This document shows, piece after piece, positions 57,145-64,000 of a stretch of 64,000 bases of DNA. Every line of letters begins with the position of its first letter. Position 1 is the first letter of the stretch. This DNA is from Octopus vulgaris. Its lineage: Eukaryota. Below the pieces are notes generated by a model. It was given only the letters and a program-made list of their open reading frames with translations, made no database searches and was not told where the DNA came from. The translations under genes were made by a program, and so were the position numbers. The stretch lies in NCBI GenBank assembly GCA_951406725.2, contig OX597820.1, forward strand, positions 86,490,001 through 86,554,000, given 5' to 3'.

Positions 57145-58329
57145 ATCACATTACACTGTCGTAGCTGAACTAGTTTTCGAAGCTCCCTACCTTGCGTCGT
57201 ATCTGTTAATTTTATAGTTTTGTCATGTTGTTAAGTCGACCAGGGCAATAGGGGACAGGACGCTGGCTTTTGATTTTTGCAGCGTAGAGCAAACTTTTGA
57301 AGGAAACAAAATTTAGTTTAAATCAAATCAGAAATATTTAAAATCGTTTCCACGTTCTCGTTTCCTTCGCAGACAACACACTCCTCACACATCACCATGT
57401 TAGTAGTAATAACTAGTAGTAACTGTAGTAGCAATGGTAACAAAATAGCACCAGCAGCAGCAACAAGCGCAGCTGCAAGAATAACAATAGCGTCAGCAAC
57501 AACAGCAGCAGCAGTGATGGTGTGACAAACAGAATTGGGAGCATGAACAAGGAAACCATTCCGGCTTCCCAAAATGTCACCAACGCGAGAGGAAACTTCA
57601 TTGCCACTGCTGCCATCCCTGTAGCCACAAAAACTCTAGTTTCAGAAATGAAACCGCTACATCTATGTCATGAACAAGTGTTACAAGTAGTAGAGGCAAA
57701 ACAAAGGCTACAGCAGCAGCAACACTGGCAACACCAGCAGCTGAAGCCCACTAAAGTTGTTCATTTGCTGACGTTGCAGAAAAGTTTTGATTTATCCCAT
57801 TGACCAAAATGAACATCATGGCTTGGAAGAAGCACAACAACACAATACGTGTCTGTATTCGCTTCGGAACATTCGGACGTGTCGTGTGACGAAGGTAACG
57901 AGGGATATTCTAAAAGGCAAACGATTGCCAATAGACTGAAGAGAAAAAAGAAAAAAAATATGCCAAAGAAAAAATTAGAAGTTCGGACGAAGAGAGAGAT
58001 GTGTTTGAGCAACACATCCATCAGTAGCACCAACACTATCAAGGCCTTCATCACCATCACCATCGTCGTCGTCGTCATCATCACTACCATTACATTACCA
58101 ATAATATAAACAGAAACACAGCCTAATTCACACCCACATCATCATATATCCCAACATGAACAAATGGAAACTTATTAACTCAACTCCAGTCATTGACACA
58201 AGCAACAAGAAAATTAATGAATCACAAGCATCAACGTATAGATACCGCAACAAATAACATAGCGACGCACAGAAAAATCATAAAAAGAAACTAAAAGATA
58301 AAACCTTTTGAAAACCAAATATCCCAGGG

Positions 58330-60300
58330 ACTATTAACAAATGACTTGTCCCTGTTTCCATCGGTAAGTCGTTGTAAGCAAAGACGGAACACCTTCCTTC
58401 TACAGGAATAAAGTGATTGGTCCTTTTCAATTTCCACCTTTTGTCTAGCATGTCAACACTCAGAAGCGATCGTATGGTTGCGCTAACCAAGGGTCGTTGG
58501 AAGCATATAGATATTGGAGTTATCAGCGAAATTAGTATTTTCTAGGTACCATTCTTCACACCCAAGTTCGATCAATTTTTCAGAGAGAAAGGAAAAGGCT
58601 ACTTTGTCAGCGATAAGACGCGTACTTTACGATACGAAGGAAGAAATACAGCTTGAAGGGTTAGGTGAGTAGTAACGTAAAGGTTACAACAAAACCAAAA
58701 TTAGACTCCTAGTCTATTCGTTTCTGAGCGGTTTTTCAGCGACAATTCACTCGATTGTTGGAGACGAGTGATGAGTCGGATCACAGGATAAATTTCAGCA
58801 CCTAGGTCAATGGCCAACCACGACGCTTATCAATGGAAGTAGAGTGCTGCGAAAAGCTAATAAATGCTGTTGAAATACGGGAAGTGTTAACTGGCCAGAA
58901 ATTGTCTGATTAGGGTGCTCTACCTCACAACTTTTTATTTCTCTATGCCATCAGACGAGAGCATCTCATCTTTTGACTGACGACCACAACAACTGACAAT
59001 AAAACAGGAGAATTTCCACTTCTGAAATCTGAGGAGTGGTGGCACTGCTAAGAAAGCATCCGCATTACAATTTTCGTCCCAGGACTCAGTTAAGTGAATT
59101 GCTTGAGATTTTAACTAACTTGTTAGCAAAAGATTAGCGCTTGTTGCTAATGGAGTATCCGTTAATACGCAGAGATATGACATGACAAACAGATCTATCT
59201 ATGTAAACCTCCACATCATACGATACATCAAAGAGAAGGAAGTAAGGAACTTGACATGGGTGGGACTCTGATCAACTTAAATCTATCGAAAGCTTTTGAT
59301 AGATGCGACCGTCACTACTAAACGACTGTCCTCAAGGCAGCTGGTTTGAGTCTCGCTTTTAAGAGTTGTATTACTACAAAGTACAGTCGCATCTGCGACG
59401 TGGTCAGGGTAAATTTCGCTGGAAATCATGCCCCTGAGGTTGTCCCCTCATGTCTTGTCCTTCCTGTATTGCAGAAACTTCCACTATTGCAGAAACTAGA
59501 AACTTCTAGGTGCGGCCGCACAAATAAGGATGCAAAAGATCTATATCGACATATGCGGATGTCGTCATCGACATAATGTCGGAGACCAAGACTATCGAGA
59601 TGAGCAGTATCGATCTAAAGAACAACGAAACAGTCACAGAAGCCAGTATCAACCAAATACATATCTATGCCACCCAAAAGTATCGTGGAACGCTGGACGA
59701 ACGGCCCGGTTAAATTCTTTCGTGTTGGTTTGTTCCAGATTTTCAGTTGGACATGAACTGGAACTTGGTAACAAGCATTACAAGCATTATGGCTAGGCTT
59801 ATTCAGAAATGGGCCGAGAGGAAGCTACTCCGGGCAGATGTTGAGAGCCCCTACCACATTACTCCACTATCTATTACCACCTGACCACGTTCTGCCTTTT
59901 TTCAGGTCTCATCAGACGAGAGCATCTAATCCCCCTATTCTCATTTTGTGGAAGGGATATTTTCGGCAGATCAGACGGTCCATCTGCTCTCAACACTCAC
60001 GGCGTGGAGGAGTGGACATACTGAGACTATTGATGTGGCAATATGCCATACTGTGCCTAATGATGATCAAAGATTCACATTTATTCTTTCGATTTGTATA
60101 AGAAAGTCCCACAACTCACTCGTTTTCGGAGGTTTGCAATTCTATTCTCACATAAGAAAAGTAGATCATATGATACCCTCTGCGTGTTATATATCTACCT
60201 AAGCCTGTGTCACAATCTATGTGATAATGCAACATGAGTACCTCAGTAAAGGACATTGGTGATGTTGACCCTTCTTTCGCGTCAACTTTTTAGCAGAGTA
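58330..60300 (+). mobile_element. Heavily decayed L1/Tx1-clade LINE (reverse transcriptase)
   Basis: NFRP, LNLSKAFDRCDRHY*TTVLKAAGLSLAFKSCITTKYS, GCPL and TYADVV remnants in the expected RT domain order. Confidence 0.75.
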
Positions 60301-61047
60301 CGAGATGATGGTGAATTCCAAAGTTACTAGTTCTAATGATCGTCGAAAACCGCAGCGTTATTTTGGAGGTGTTTTGGTCTAGATAGAGAAACGATGCCGA
60401 TGAGTTTGACATTTCAGAACAGAAAGCCAAGTCTTTACACATGTAGTAAGGCTTATGTTAATGATAACTATCCGGATGTAGTTTCTAAACAGAAAAAGAA
60501 GAGCAATAACAACAACAGCAACAAGTGTTGATATTTTCACAGCACAAGTGAACGATGTTCTGGAAACAGCACAAGAGTTCACTTTGTCTTCAATCTCAAA
60601 ACTGACAACCGAGCTGATGAAGCTCCTTCAAAGTAGAGGCACACTGTCGTTTTACGATGATAGTCAGAGGGGGGAAGAATAGAGGAGAAAAACTAGGAAT
60701 TCTATCAGAAGGCGTATAAACGGCAGGAAGAAGAGCCTAAACCACAATGTTGCACAATTTTACACGGCTTCGAAAGGACCTGCTTAATATCATACTACAG
60801 TTGTTCGTGTTAGTTATACTAGTAGTAGGAGTTTCATTAATAACTGAATGAGATGGAGAGACTATAAAATCGTTCTGTGAACATTTCAGTGATTACGTTT
60901 CAGAGGACGTGAAGACCGCCATGTCTCGTTGGTAGCCAAGAATAATACCACAGATTCCAGAAGGGAAACCCTTCAGTATATTTTGCAATTCAGTTTTGAT
61001 TCTGTCGTATGCTTCTTCTTGTTGTGACTACTGTTATTATTATTATT

Positions 61048-61690
<643 letters not shown>

Positions 61691-61726
61691 GGTGGTGGTG
61701 TTATTGCTGTTGTTGTTGTTATTATT

Positions 61727-61922
61727 AAGGCGGTGAGCTGGCAGAATGGTTAGCGGTATTTCAACCGATCCTACGATCTAAGTTCAAATTCCGCCGAGGT
61801 CGAGTTTGCCTTTCATCCTTTCGGGGTCGATTAACTAAGTAACAGTCACACACTGGGGTCGATGTAATCGACTTAATCCCTCCCCCCAAAAAAATTTCAG
61901 GCCTTGTGCTTCCAGTAGAAAT
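61727..61922 (+). mobile_element. SINE family M
   Basis: aaggcggtgagctggcagaatgg...gttcaaattccgccgaggtcgagtttgcctttcatcctttcggggtcga. Confidence 0.9.
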
Positions 61923-61956
61923 TATTATTATTATTATCATTATTATTATTATTATT

Positions 61957-62510
61957 GAGTGAGCGAGCAGAGCATGCCATCAAAGTGACACTGGGGTAAA
62001 ATATACGAAGCCCAGTATACCCATCATGACTACCCGTCTGATAAGGGTACACCAGGCACGTGCATCACAACCATATGTGCGCGACATGGTGATCTCATAT
62101 CAAGATAAACAGCACATGACCTTGCAGGTGGAGCCCAGTTAGAATTTTCTTCAGCTCGAGTAACCCATCCTGCTCAAAAGGTCCCTGAATAAGGGTTGTT
62201 TAAGGACGTTGAACGAAACACCCATGTTTCCAGAGGTGAATTATTCAAACCCCAAAGAATCCTTCTCAACACATGGCTATGATGCTCCCCCACTACTTCT
62301 GCTCGTGATCAGAGATGCACATATCGTCAGCCACTAAGGGACATGCTCAACTGGTTAAGGCCAAACAACTGACAAGCAAATCTGTGGTATTGAGCAGAAC
62401 ATTTGCTGTAGCCCATCTTTTATACCAAGACAAAACAATGTACATGATAACACTTCCAATCAGTTAAGATCAGAAGCCATGAGAGCCATTGCCTGGTACT
62501 GCATCAGGCC

Positions 62511-62512
<2 letters not shown>
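61957..62512 (-). mobile_element. Family X repeat, copy 3 (apparently full length)
   Basis: gagtgagcgagcagagcatgcc...gcctggtactgcatcaggccatt, flanked by (ATT)n on both sides. Confidence 0.9.
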
Positions 62513-62579
<67 letters not shown>

Positions 62580-63108
62580 CATTATTATTATTATTATTAT
62601 TACTATAAATACCAGTATTATTTCTTTTCGCCTATGTACCTAAACACAAAAATAAACATAAACCTACCCATCACATTAATACACTGTACCATACACCATA
62701 TCCTTAAAAAAAACTTTATTTGAAACGACAAAAAATTTTTCCCACACTATATTTCTCCGTTTCTTTACCACTTCTACACCAATTTTACAACTATTTCATT
62801 TCCCTTCCATTTACTATTCGAATCTATAAAATTTTTGATATCTTTCCTCTGTATTTGTCTTCAATTTATTTCATTCTAGTTTCTTACAAATTTGTTTCTT
62901 GTTTTACTATTTTTTAAAGAAATATCACCATTTTTCATGTACGCTTTTACAAATTTTTTGACTTGCACACACGCGCGCGCGCACATAGTCATACATGCGT
63001 ACATACACACATATACACACATATGTACATACGTGTATGCTTATATATACATGTAATGTATGCATATACATATGTACGTGTTTTAGTATGAATAGTGTAC
63101 ATATATAT

Positions 63109-63141
<33 letters not shown>

Positions 63142-63214
63142 CACAGGTACATCTGTATGCATATATGTATGTGTGTAGAGATACGTATATGCTTATATAC
63201 ACATATACATATAT

Positions 63215-63265
<51 letters not shown>

Positions 63266-63714
63266 TATCTATAAAAACACCACCCACACACATACACATA
63301 GTTGGGGTTTTTTTTACATCAAATCCATTGCATCACTGTTCTCACCCATTTATTTATCTATTTATCGATCCTTTATTTTCCCACCTTTTCGAAAAGTTAT
63401 TTCAGTTTCAATCTATCTGACATTTTTTCTATTATCTTCAATTGTTCTTCTCTTGTCTTCACTGACAATTTTTTTCGACATCTTCCTACAATTTTTTTCT
63501 CTCCTCATTTAGTTTCATTTTATATTTTTACTGTTGCTCTTTCATTCGCCCCCTTTTCTCCCACCGCCCAGCACGCTCTCCATTTCTTTCTTCCATCTAA
63601 ACTTTCACTCATATAAAGAAAAAAGATATTTGATTTTACATGTGCGGATATATAAATACATAGATAAATATGTATGTGTGTGTGTTCGTATGTATGCATG
63701 TATATCTATATATG

Positions 63715-63782
<68 letters not shown>

Positions 63783-63838
63783 TATATATACATATGTATA
63801 CATATATGCATCTATATACACATGTATACATATATACT

Positions 63839-63915
<77 letters not shown>

Positions 63916-64000
63916 GCATCATATATATATGTATGTACGTATGCACATTTATATATATATATCTTTGTGCATATATGTTTATATATATATATATGTATAT

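Overview
AT-rich, microsatellite-saturated animal genomic DNA with no intact protein-coding gene that I can support. The repeat landscape (tRNA-derived SINE families, (TA)n/(CA)n/(TAGA)n/(TAA)n tracts, Dong/R4-like, RTE, Tx1 and Penelope remnants) is most consistent with an intronic or intergenic region of a coleoid cephalopod such as Octopus; that assignment is inference. Nearly all ORFs in the supplied track are translations of simple repeats. The recognisable coding remnants belong to decayed transposons: Dong/R4-type non-LTR retrotransposons lined up head-to-tail in (TAA)n tracts, a Penelope RT/GIY-YIG fossil, an RTE LINE, an L1/Tx1 LINE, two Tc1/mariner pieces, a hAT/Buster-type transposase and Helitron-like elements. 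The most notable signals are: (1) a set of minimal type-I hammerhead-ribozyme motifs, one near-canonical (54458-54503, minus) and three with a shared CCGACGA variant core (33489-33748), sitting inside fold-back inverted repeats; (2) a ~550-bp non-coding element in three copies, two of them in (TAA)n tracts, which behaves like a non-autonomous passenger of Dong/R4 elements; (3) several local inverted duplications that suggest template switching or templated repair. All calls were made by eye and coordinates of decayed elements are approximate.
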